Source: Gemmatimonadota bacterium
GTDB lineage: Bacteria > Orphanbacterota > Orphanbacteria > Orphanbacterales > Orphanbacteraceae
DNA: 55,383 nt
Assembly: GCA_020061515.1 (NCBI GenBank)
Contig: JAGUYC010000050.1
Location: 1 to 55,383, forward strand
Direction of reading: 5' to 3'
Shown here: one piece after another, positions 18,801 to 26,110 of the stretch
Layout: the number at the start of each line of letters is the position of its first letter
Numbering within the stretch: position 1 is the first letter of the stretch
The notes under the pieces: generated by a model
What the model saw: only the letters and a program-made list of their open reading frames with translations
Told to the model about the DNA's origin: nothing
The model's database searches: none
Translations under genes and position numbers: made by a program

Positions 18801-19907
18801 CCGAACACGCTCGAGCTCATGATGAACGCGAACACGGTACGGGATCTCGCCGGGAACGGGAACCGCGCCCTTACCAACACGCACAACGTGGCGATCGAGG
18901 TCGCTCCCGCCACGATGATCACGATCGACGGCTACTTCGATCCGAACGAGTGGACGAACGGCATGCGGATCGTGAGCGACTATTGGGACAGCGACTGGAC
19001 AACGCCGAACCCGGGCGACACGAACGACATCAACGCCCTTTACATGACGTGGGACAGCACGTACCTCTACCTCGGCATTCTCGGCATCGTGCACAACAAC
19101 TCGTGGCTCCTCTATCTCGACACCGACCCGGGCGGGCCGAACGGCGAGTCGGATCTCGATTCGATCGACCGATGGGAGCGGGGCGCGCAGCTTCCCTTCC
19201 CGGCCGATTTCCAGTACGGCTGCTACCAGCATCAGAGCGGGTACGACTCGGACAGCTTCTGGAAGATTCTCGACAAGCTCACGACCGAGGACTTCAGCGG
19301 GTCGATCCTCTCCGCATTCGACTCGCAGCACTTCTATCACACAAGCGGCGGGAGCGAGATGGCGATCCCTTGGGACGTGCTCTACGGTCTCGGAGCCGGG
19401 AACGTGCCGCCCGGCGCCTCGATCAGTCTCGTCGCGTCGATCTGCTGGGATCCGGAGCCGGACGGCGTGCTCGGCGGCGATCAGGCTCCCGACAACATCG
19501 CCGCGACGCCGCCCGTCCTCGACAACTTCGTGACGGTCACGGTCGACCGGAACGGCGACGGGAAACCGGACGCGAGCAACGAACCGGTCGGGGTGAGCGG
19601 CGCGGACGTGCCGGCGGCGAAGCTCGCGCTTCTCGGGAACGTCCCGAACCCATTCAACCCGACGACCGAGATCCGCTTCGTCGTTCCGGGCGCCGCGGGG
19701 ACGTCGGCGCGCGTGCGCCTGGCGATCTTCGATCTCGCGGGACGCCGCGTCGCCACGCTCGCGGACGGCGTCCTTCCGTCCGGATACCGGACGGCGGCGT
19801 GGAATGGGACAGCCGATGATGGGACGGCGGTTTCTTCAGGCGTCTACTTCGCGCGCGTCGAGGCGAACGGAGAGACGGCGACGAGGAAGGTTCTTTTGAT
19901 CCGATAA
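15900..19907 (+). CDS. Giant secreted GH57-like alpha-glucan-active enzyme with Ig-like, CBM9/DOMON-like and T9SS-type C-terminal domains
   Basis: ATG 15900 with AAAGGAGA 7 nt upstream and signal peptide MRFAHVAAYGLLAVSLAIPFPLFA. GH57-like conserved regions: VHGNQG (for HxHQP), GDIITSAYAQHMMPF (for GQxEIxTSPYYHPILP), AWVPERVW (nucleophile region WLxERVW), MDGDFVG (for DGExFG). The C-terminus LLGNVPNPFNPTTEIRF...LAIFDLAGRRV...SGVYFARV is a CTD. Confidence 0.7.
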   Translation: MRFAHVAAYGLLAVSLAIPFPLFAAPSSPAPAPGIDAAGDPTAYGPEHAKALAPVYDTARPGARAADLMAFYYDQNVDRLAFRVQLFDIGSSDETVNRMKDSNTKIYIALDYTDGGTRALPDGIRGEAPILWDRVLRIGYDEAGALRGTLLDPSFGGGETDRVRRVHVSLRHDMVEGSIHLPGGFEEAAIRAAGKSGAVYEEIAEAAAAGDRTPVRFYVFTAQGNELQDAIEADNASRPGDHNVAFMVHGNQGLTWTSVFYGERGENASYPGDPNNPDDGFDEILDCHRYYDIPLNIHLAGQLQTSAEWHNPEFNDSIASAVAQGWGDIITSAYAQHMMPFVHNNMNDWAVHIEKVMSDWRYGDTAVVAWVPERVWLENPDNDGNGITASGGVVDNTLLDNWMNHGVRAVLLDDYIHLDYYNDWANDRHVYVHSNGLKFIPMDGDFVGAMDNDWGSAWNMIVNLSSDEILVYGNDWEIPAEVSQGAWNQYALNNWIHVIRQCWLNSGTVAVWKLSDVIHHGPFISGISNPTIQNGTYGLLGGKWGYGGGNNSWYIHWAGYSDPAHVWDFHTPTWNYGTIWTNAYNTIMASPANDLSETAWYVMMTNLHETGWHDEGEISGWIYRYSNKIKNANVYAEAARWANGDYASATGAYLSDIDQDGQVEGVIHNDKLFAVIEPIGGRIVHLFAQETGDEYSVIGNCNVYWTDTEGDYNEGNHVGGLSDVSVAGLDREHDLYTISVVAGSGNKVALDLVHANVTKRLNLELGKKYLDVVYDAAGQDVYVKSGFSPDLLDLIWNARSDRVWAATPVSGAYFGQRNPNSGATAAIVVGNGGARHNLQYNSTLMGVEELFGSGQFEMYLFAGETAAPDGQGNIAELQTLASALSDTLKPRAVSATYFPTPDRISILFNEKVKYDQVVVAGFKVDDDDDGIADVTFSSGCTVVTTSNSVRIDIALDAATASAIEGLNPNTLELMMNANTVRDLAGNGNRALTNTHNVAIEVAPATMITIDGYFDPNEWTNGMRIVSDYWDSDWTTPNPGDTNDINALYMTWDSTYLYLGILGIVHNNSWLLYLDTDPGGPNGESDLDSIDRWERGAQLPFPADFQYGCYQHQSGYDSDSFWKILDKLTTEDFSGSILSAFDSQHFYHTSGGSEMAIPWDVLYGLGAGNVPPGASISLVASICWDPEPDGVLGGDQAPDNIAATPPVLDNFVTVTVDRNGDGKPDASNEPVGVSGADVPAAKLALLGNVPNPFNPTTEIRFVVPGAAGTSARVRLAIFDLAGRRVATLADGVLPSGYRTAAWNGTADDGTAVSSGVYFARVEANGETATRKVLLIR

Positions 19908-19970
19908 GGGTCTATGTCCTAAGAGTCGTTACCCGATCTGCGCTCCGCCCAACGGGCGGGCTTGCGACGA

Positions 19971-20001
19971 GGCCCCGGCGCCCTGCCGGGGCCTTTCGCT
20001 T
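19971..20001 (+). terminator. Rho-independent terminator after the GH57-like gene
   Basis: Perfect 9-bp GC stem GGCCCCGGC (19971-19979) / GCCGGGGCC (19985-19993) with a 5-nt loop, followed by TTTCGCTT. Lies between convergent genes. Confidence 0.55.
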
Positions 20002-20021
20002 GGGGGAGGCCGCGGAGGCGG

Positions 20022-20762
20022 TCACGAAACCACGATCGTCCCCGGCAGGATCGTGATCGCGTTCTCCCGCACATCGATCGGATGGAGCTCCGGCCAATCG
20101 AGTGAGCCCGTCCCGTGGAAACCGAAGAGGTCCGACCCATCGCGGTTTCCGTTCCCGTTCCTGTCCTTCCAAACATCCAGGAAGTACCGCCCGGGCGGGA
20201 TCGGCGTCAGGGTGAAGTTGAAGACATGAGCGCCGCTCTCCGGAACGAGCTCCGTGTACCAAGGGTTGTTGTTCCGCCACGCCGCTTCGCTCGTGTAGAG
20301 AGCGAGGCGCGCTCCGGCGAGATCAACCGGCCCTGTGGGGTTCGCGAGCGAGACGGTCCCGCTGATTCCGGTCGGACGGTCGACGACAACCACCGCAATC
20401 GAGCGCGAGGCAACGCCGCTCTTTCCATCGATCACCGAGGCGAGGATCGAGTAGTTGCCCGGCGTGTTCGGAGCGACCCAGCGCGCCTCGAAGCCGCCGA
20501 CGATGAGAGTCCCGTGCGCCGCCTGGTAGAGATAAACGAGCGTGTCTCCGTCCGGGTCGTGCGCGTAGACCGTGATCCGAAGGGTGTCCCCTTCGAGAAC
20601 CGAATCGCTCGAGACGGCGACCGAGTCGATGACCGGAGCTTGGTTGTCGCCGGGTTCGGCGGGAGCGCCCTCGTCCCCGCATCCGGGGAAGCAGGCGAGC
20701 GCGAAAAGAAGCACGATCGGAAGCACCCCGCGGATCCGGACGGTGATCTCTTGCCTGTTCAC
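20022..20762 (-). CDS. Hypothetical lipoprotein with Ig/cadherin-like domain
   Basis: GTG start at 20762 with GGAGGAG 8 nt upstream. Lipobox in VLPIVLLFALACFPGCG. DPDGD motif and beta-rich sequence. No recognisable catalytic motif. Confidence 0.6.
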   Translation of the reverse strand: MNRQEITVRIRGVLPIVLLFALACFPGCGDEGAPAEPGDNQAPVIDSVAVSSDSVLEGDTLRITVYAHDPDGDTLVYLYQAAHGTLIVGGFEARWVAPNTPGNYSILASVIDGKSGVASRSIAVVVVDRPTGISGTVSLANPTGPVDLAGARLALYTSEAAWRNNNPWYTELVPESGAHVFNFTLTPIPPGRYFLDVWKDRNGNGNRDGSDLFGFHGTGSLDWPELHPIDVRENAITILPGTIVVS

Positions 20763-20874
20763 GGCCGCGCTCCTCCGTCGAAACCGGCGAACCGATTCGA
20801 ATCGGCCCCGCCTCGGCGTCTCCCTTCACCCGATCCGACGGATCAATCCGGCGTTCCGTTCACTCCCGCGCCGG

Positions 20875-21546
20875 CTACCCGCTCGGCTCGTTCGAGGGGT
20901 TCGCGATCCCGAGCGCCTCCTCGAGCGCGGCGACTCTCTCTCGGAGCGAGGCGACCTCCCCTTCGAGCGCGCGGATGCGGTCTTCGGCCGCGCCGATCGA
21001 GGGAGACGGCTCGATCGCTTGCTCGTCCGCTTCCTCGTCGAGCGCCTCCGGCCGTCCGGACAGAAGATGCGTATACCGTCTTTCCTTGAAGCCTCTTCGG
21101 CGGGGAAGGAGCGCGACCCACGGCTCTTCCCTCTCGGCGAGACCGCGAAGGATCTCGTGGACCACGTCGAGACCGCCGAGCGGCGCCATGCGGCTCGCGC
21201 GCGTTCGGAGCTCGCCGGCGGTCTGCGCGCCGCGAAGCATGAGCTCCGCGAGGATCGCCGTCTCCGCGGCGGAGAGTCCGGTCTTCTCGGCGAGGGCCTG
21301 GCGGTACTTCTCCACGCGGCTCCCCGCTTCGTCCACCACCACCACCCAGCCTTTCCAACGGAGGCCGTCCGCGGCCGCTGCCACGTCCGCGTGGAGCCAC
21401 GAGACGACCGGGTCCCGATTCGACTTCTGGTTGCACGCGTTCACGAGCGCGTTCAAGGAGAGAGGATAGTACTCCGGAGTCGTTCGCTCCTTCTCGATGA
21501 GGCACCCGAGAATGCGCACTTCTTGAGCATTCAACAATTCACGCAT
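20875..21546 (-). CDS. yceH: YceH/DUF480 (UPF0502) family protein
   Basis: Collinear similarity to E. coli YceH as I recall it: LNAQEVRILGCLIEKERTTPEYYPLSLNALVNACNQKSNRDPV..., LSAAETAILAELMLRGAQTAGELRTRASRM, RYTHLLSG, and a C-terminal coiled coil. Confidence 0.85.
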   Translation of the reverse strand: MRELLNAQEVRILGCLIEKERTTPEYYPLSLNALVNACNQKSNRDPVVSWLHADVAAAADGLRWKGWVVVVDEAGSRVEKYRQALAEKTGLSAAETAILAELMLRGAQTAGELRTRASRMAPLGGLDVVHEILRGLAEREEPWVALLPRRRGFKERRYTHLLSGRPEALDEEADEQAIEPSPSIGAAEDRIRALEGEVASLRERVAALEEALGIANPSNEPSG

Positions 21547-21592
21547 TGTATCTCTCCGCTTGCGTTTCTTGCTCGTGCGGGCGCGGCCGTTC

Positions 21593-22096
21593 TCAGTAGG
21601 GTGGCTCCTGCATCCCGTACTCCGCCCACTCCTCCTTCGACGGCCCGAAGAGCCCCGGCACCCTCGCCCCGGCCTGCCTGAGGAGAACCGTCATCTGGCC
21701 GCGATGGTGCATCTCGTGGCTGACGAGAGCGGCGAGCGTCTTGCCGCGCGGCCAGGTCTCCCCGTACATGTCGTCGGTCTTCTCCAGCGTCCCGTCGGTC
21801 CAGTCGCGCGCGAGCGCGTCGGCGAGCTCGCGGGAGACCGCGCGGTACGAGGAGACGATCTCCGCCGCCGAGGCGGGCGGAGGAGCGTGGGGATCGACCG
21901 ACGATAGAGGAAGGCCGGTCCGCGCCATCATCTCCGGAACGGTCGTGACGAGATGCCAGGCGATCCGGCCGAGGGTCCGGTGCCCCTCCGCGACCGGCTG
22001 GCGCATCGAGCGGTCGTCCATCGCGTCCAGAAGGCGGGCGGTGCCGTCGGCAAGGCTCCGATAGGCATCGAGGAAGTCGTTGATACGGCGGAACAT
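21593..22096 (-). CDS. DinB/YfiT-like metal-dependent four-helix-bundle protein
   Basis: 167 aa with AAGGAG 6 nt upstream of the ATG. GRIAWHL... and SHEMHHRGQMTVLLRQAG are typical DinB-family His-triad motifs. Confidence 0.85.
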   Translation of the reverse strand: MFRRINDFLDAYRSLADGTARLLDAMDDRSMRQPVAEGHRTLGRIAWHLVTTVPEMMARTGLPLSSVDPHAPPPASAAEIVSSYRAVSRELADALARDWTDGTLEKTDDMYGETWPRGKTLAALVSHEMHHRGQMTVLLRQAGARVPGLFGPSKEEWAEYGMQEPPY

Positions 22097-22276
22097 GTGA
22101 GTCTCCTTTCCTTTTCGGAAGCCGAAGGATGGCCGCTTTCACGACATCTACGGTAGGGCATCGGCACACGCGGCTCAACCGGTTCCCGTTCGCGGCGGGT
22201 CGGCCCGCGAGTGGCGCGGCGGGCTGCGACAGGTTACCTCTTGAGAAGGAACCAAGAATCCGAGAGAGGAAAGCGG

Positions 22277-22831
22277 ATGAAGAACGTTGGGCTCGGATTG
22301 CTCCTCGGGGTTCTCCTCCTTCCGCTCCTCTCCTGCCGATCCGGCGGCGGGATGCCGGAAGCGGGCGGCTCCGGGAAGAGTGCGGTTCCCGCGAGAGGAA
22401 GCGCGATGTCGGAGAAGCGAAAGATCGTGAAGAGCGACGAGGAGTGGCGAACGATCCTCACTCCCGAGCAGTACCGCGTCCTTCGCGAGAAAGGGACCGA
22501 GCGCCCGTTCACCGGGCGATACTGGGACACGACCGATCCCGGAACCTACATCTGCGCGGCCTGCGGCCAGGTTCTCTTTACGTCCGAAACGAAGTTCGAC
22601 GCCGGCTGCGGGTGGCCGAGCTTCACCGCGCCGGCCGACCCGATCGCGATCGATGAAGAAACCGACCGGAGCCACTTCATGGTGCGTACCGAGGTGCTGT
22701 GCGGCCGCTGCGGCGGACATCTCGGGCATGTCTTCGACGACGGTCCCGCGCCGACCGGACTTCGCTACTGCATCAACTCGGCATCGATCGAGCTCGAGCC
22801 GGAACACGAGAAACCCGACTCGGCCGAGTGA
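22277..22831 (+). CDS. msrB: Peptide-methionine (R)-S-oxide reductase MsrB, lipoprotein/periplasmic form
   Basis: Internal ATG 22277 (GAGAGAGGAAAG upstream) gives [20 protein letters not shown] (lipobox LLSC). Motifs [37 protein letters not shown]. Confidence 0.9.
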   Translation: MKNVGLGLLLGVLLLPLLSCRSGGGMPEAGGSGKSAVPARGSAMSEKRKIVKSDEEWRTILTPEQYRVLREKGTERPFTGRYWDTTDPGTYICAACGQVLFTSETKFDAGCGWPSFTAPADPIAIDEETDRSHFMVRTEVLCGRCGGHLGHVFDDGPAPTGLRYCINSASIELEPEHEKPDSAE

Positions 22832-22992
22832 GCCGCCCCCGTTCCCTCTTCACAGCTCGGTAAACCTTCCTCTGTTTTCCCGAGTTGAACCGGAAAGCTC
22901 CGGAGCCGAGGGGCGGGGCTCGCTTGCGTAAACATGCCGCGCGCGGCGCGCGTTCGGAGGCGTCCCCGAGAGGAGGTCAGCCCGTTGAGCGA

Positions 22993-23166
22993 GCCTTCCC
23001 TCCCCTACCCCTTCACCCCGCCGAGGGTAAGCCCGGAGTATTTGTGAACCAGGTTCCTTAACAATTCGAACCAGGTTCACTAGCAATTCACGAGCCAGGT
23101 CGCTCTTGCTCGCTCGGAGGGCCTTCCCTCCCCTACCCCTTCACCCCGCCGAGGGTGAGCCCCGAG
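22993..23166. repeat. 46-bp direct repeat (22993-23038 and 23121-23166, 44/46 identical) flanking an 82-bp lower-GC insert with 22-bp tandem repeats
   Basis: Both copies read gccttccctcccctaccccttcaccccgccgagggt[a/g]agccc[g/c]gag. Copy 2 is the true 3-prime end of the permease gene (…SGLTLGGVKG stop at 23133). Copy 1 encodes the same 10 residues plus a stop. The insert holds gaaccaggttcNNtaNcaattc twice (23046-23067, 23068-23089; 19/22 identical) plus a degenerate third unit. Confidence 0.85.
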
Positions 23167-23963
23167 ACGAGATAGCGGTTCAGCGCGAGGAAAAGCGCGA
23201 GGACCGGAATGCAGACGAGAAGCGCGCCCGCCGAGTAGTTCGCCCATTCCGTCTGGAAGGTCCCGGCGAGCGATTCGAGACCGAGCGGAAGCGTGTAGAG
23301 GCCGAGCGACTGAATGATGACGCGGGCCACCATGAACTCGGACCACGCCGAGATGAAGCTGAAGAGCGCCGTGATCATGAGCGCGGGCGCCGAAAGCGGA
23401 AGCGTCACCCGCCGAAACGCTCCGACGCGGCTCGTCCCGTCCACCATCGCCGCCTCCTCGAGCTCGACCGGAATCGAATCGTAGTACCCCTTCATCGTCC
23501 AAACGCAGAAGGGGAGCGCCGTCGCCACGTACGCGATCACGAGCCCGGGGAACGTGTCGACGAGCCCGAACCGGCGAAGAAGAACGAAGAGCGGCAGGAG
23601 GAGCATCGTGGCCGGAAACATCTGCGCCGTGAGAAACGCGAGCATCCCCGCCCCGCGCCCCGGAAACCGGAAACGCGAGAAGGCGTAACCGGCGGTGGAG
23701 GCGAGCGCGACCCCGAGGACGGTCACCGCGATCGACACGAGGATCGAGTTCCTCATCCAAAGGAGAAACGGCTTGTTGAAGAGGATGATCCGGTAGGCCT
23801 CCAGCGTCGCTCCCTCGGGGACGATGCTCAGTGACGTCGAGTAGAGCCGGTTCCCGGGTCGGAGCGAGATGCTGAAGACCTGAACGACCGGATAGATCGT
23901 GGCGAGCGTGACGAGAACGAGCACGAGATGCAGAACGATCGACCGGAGCCTCCGCACGCTCAT
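23133..23963 (-). CDS. Sugar ABC transporter permease (MalG-like, CUT1 family)
   Basis: 276 aa with six predicted TM stretches and the EAA loop EEAAMVDGTSRVGAFRRVTLPL. 4-nt overlap with the upstream permease gene. Confidence 0.9.
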   Translation of the reverse strand: MSVRRLRSIVLHLVLVLVTLATIYPVVQVFSISLRPGNRLYSTSLSIVPEGATLEAYRIILFNKPFLLWMRNSILVSIAVTVLGVALASTAGYAFSRFRFPGRGAGMLAFLTAQMFPATMLLLPLFVLLRRFGLVDTFPGLVIAYVATALPFCVWTMKGYYDSIPVELEEAAMVDGTSRVGAFRRVTLPLSAPALMITALFSFISAWSEFMVARVIIQSLGLYTLPLGLESLAGTFQTEWANYSAGALLVCIPVLALFLALNRYLVSGLTLGGVKG

Positions 23964-24844
23964 GCGCCGCCCTCCTTCCCGCGCGACGCCCGGAGAAACG
24001 CGATCACAAACACGAGAAGAATGAAGAAGATCACCATCGAGAAGGCGGCCGCGTATCCGTAGCGATAGTAGTGAAACGCGGCCTTGTAGACGTAGGTGAC
24101 GAGAATGTGCGTCTTGTCCGCCGGTTCACCCTGATTCGTCACGAGCCAGATCACGTTCAGATTGTTGAAGGTCCAGATGGTTCCGAGAACCGCCGCCGGA
24201 ACGAGGACCGGCTTGAGCAAGGGGAGCGTGATCTTCCGAAGCCGTGTGCCCCACGACGCCCCGTCGATCGCCGCCGCCTCATACAGCTCTCTCGGGATCG
24301 ATTGGAGGCCCCCGAGGGCGATCACCATCATGAACGGAAACCCGAGCCAAATGTTCGCGAGGATCGGCGCCGCGAACGCCCAGTTGGCGTTCGAAAGCCA
24401 CGGCACCGGCGGCAGGTGAAGCCCGCGAAGCATCAGGTTGATCGCGCCGTACTCGTAGTTGAACATCCCGCGCCACGTGAGCGCGGTGATGTACTGCGGC
24501 ATCGCCCACGGAAGGATGAGGAGCGCCCGATAGACGGCGCGCCCGCGGATCTCCTGGTTGAGAAGGAGCGCGAGCCCCACCCCGAAAACGAGATGCGACA
24601 CGACGTTCACGGTCGTCCAGACCACGGTCTTCAAGAGGACCGAGTAGATCTCCGGCTCGCGGACGATCGTGCGGAAATGATCGAAGCCGACGAAACTCCA
24701 GTCGCGAAGACGGTAGAGGCTCATGTTCGAGAAGGCGATCACGACGTTGTAGAGGAACGGATAGAGAACGACGAAGAGCATGACGAGGCCGGCCGGTGCG
24801 AGGAAGAGATAGGGGAGTGCGGATCGCCGCTGCTGGGAGGCCAT
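23960..24844 (-). CDS. Sugar ABC transporter permease (MalF-like, CUT1 family)
   Basis: 294 aa with EAA loop YEAAAIDGASWGTRLRKITLPLL. ATG 24844 lies 1 nt after the stop of the binding-protein gene. Confidence 0.9.
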   Translation of the reverse strand: MASQQRRSALPYLFLAPAGLVMLFVVLYPFLYNVVIAFSNMSLYRLRDWSFVGFDHFRTIVREPEIYSVLLKTVVWTTVNVVSHLVFGVGLALLLNQEIRGRAVYRALLILPWAMPQYITALTWRGMFNYEYGAINLMLRGLHLPPVPWLSNANWAFAAPILANIWLGFPFMMVIALGGLQSIPRELYEAAAIDGASWGTRLRKITLPLLKPVLVPAAVLGTIWTFNNLNVIWLVTNQGEPADKTHILVTYVYKAAFHYYRYGYAAAFSMVIFFILLVFVIAFLRASRGKEGGA

Positions 24845-24845
24845 G

Positions 24846-26081
24846 CTAGTCCCGCATCTCGCGGATCTTCCGCTCTGCGTCCCGTTGCATCGCGCGGGCC
24901 GCGTCCTCGGGGGACTGCTCTCCGTTCATCACGTTCTGATAGGCGGGGCGCATCGCGTCCCAAATCGCGCGCATCTCGGGAACGACCGGCATCCGCTTCC
25001 CCTTCTCGTATTGGCGGAAAGAGGCGACGATCCGCTCGATCTTCTGCACGGCGGGATCCACGAACGCATCCGTGCGGCTCGGGATCACCCAGAGGCGTTC
25101 GGCGAAAAGAACCTGCGTCTCCCGCGAGGTGAGGAACTTCATCACGTCGATCGCCCGATCGCGCCGCTCCCCCTTGAGGTTCACGTTGAGATAGTACCCG
25201 CGGCTCGAGATCATCGGCGTCGCCCAGAGCCCGGTCGCCTCGCTCCGCGGGATCGGGGCGATCCCGAAGTCGATCCCTGCCTCGTCGTACCCGCCCCACG
25301 ACCAATGCCCGTTCACCGACATGGCCGCCTTTCCGTCCTTGAAGATCGTGTCGGCGAGCTGGTACGTGCATTCGCGGGGCATCGCCTTTCGGTTCGCCTT
25401 GAGATCGTAGAGAAACCGAAGCGCATCGGCCATCGCCGGCGTGTCCAAGGTCGGGCGGTGCGAGGCGTCCATCACCCAACCGCCGAAAGCCCCCACGTAG
25501 GGGATGAGCCAGAATGGTTCCTTGAGATCGAAAACAAGTCCGTACTGGTCGGGCGTTCCGTCGCCGTTTAGGTCCTTGGTGAGCTCCTCGCCCAGCCGGA
25601 CCATCTCCTCGAGCGTGGCTGGAGGCTCGGGGAGAAGCGCGCGATTGTAGAGCAGGCAGAGGTGGTTTCCCACCTGCGCGGGAAGCATCCAGACGTGACC
25701 GCGAAGGGTATCGAACGAGATCGGAAGAAACTCGTCCAGGAACTCGCGAGGAAAGACCTCGTCGATCGCCGCGACGCTCCCGGCGATGGCGTAGGGCCCT
25801 GCGTTGTCCGCGGGGCCGAAAACGAGGTCCGGGCCTCCTCCGCCCATCGTGGCGGTGAGATATTGCGTGCGGAGCTGCTCGTTGCCGATGTTCGTGTGCG
25901 TGACTCGGACCTCGGGATGCGCCGCGTTGTAGGCGGCGAGAAGCTCTTCGAGGACGACCCGTTCCTGCGGATCCATCATCTCCCAGAGAACGATCTCGTC
26001 CGCGCCCCCGCCGCATCCGGCGAGAAGCGCCGCGAGAAGAAGAAGCAGGCCCGACCGAACCATCCCGCCGTTTGCGATCAC
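24846..26081 (-). CDS. Extracellular solute-binding lipoprotein (maltose/maltodextrin-binding-like)
   Basis: Lipobox LLAALLAGCGG. Overall MalE-like layout (…PDLVFGPADNAG…, …WSWGGY…). GTG 26081 is preceded by GGAGAGGAGGGAGGAA; ATG 26063 is an alternative start. Confidence 0.85.
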   Translation of the reverse strand: MIANGGMVRSGLLLLLAALLAGCGGGADEIVLWEMMDPQERVVLEELLAAYNAAHPEVRVTHTNIGNEQLRTQYLTATMGGGGPDLVFGPADNAGPYAIAGSVAAIDEVFPREFLDEFLPISFDTLRGHVWMLPAQVGNHLCLLYNRALLPEPPATLEEMVRLGEELTKDLNGDGTPDQYGLVFDLKEPFWLIPYVGAFGGWVMDASHRPTLDTPAMADALRFLYDLKANRKAMPRECTYQLADTIFKDGKAAMSVNGHWSWGGYDEAGIDFGIAPIPRSEATGLWATPMISSRGYYLNVNLKGERRDRAIDVMKFLTSRETQVLFAERLWVIPSRTDAFVDPAVQKIERIVASFRQYEKGKRMPVVPEMRAIWDAMRPAYQNVMNGEQSPEDAARAMQRDAERKIREMRD

Positions 26082-26110
26082 TTCCTCCCTCCTCTCCGCA
26101 CCGCGCGCTT

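Noticed and set aside
22850-23086. 78-aa minus-strand ORF in the msrB/malG intergenic region
   Set aside because: It crosses the duplicated 46-bp gene-end copy in a different frame from the authentic permease C-terminus and includes the tandem repeats. There is no SD and no coding signal.
23046-23100. Tandem 22-bp palindromic repeats considered as a mini CRISPR array
   Set aside because: Only two full units plus a degenerate third, directly abutting with no spacers, and no cas genes nearby. They fit better as part of an insertion scar or att-like structure.
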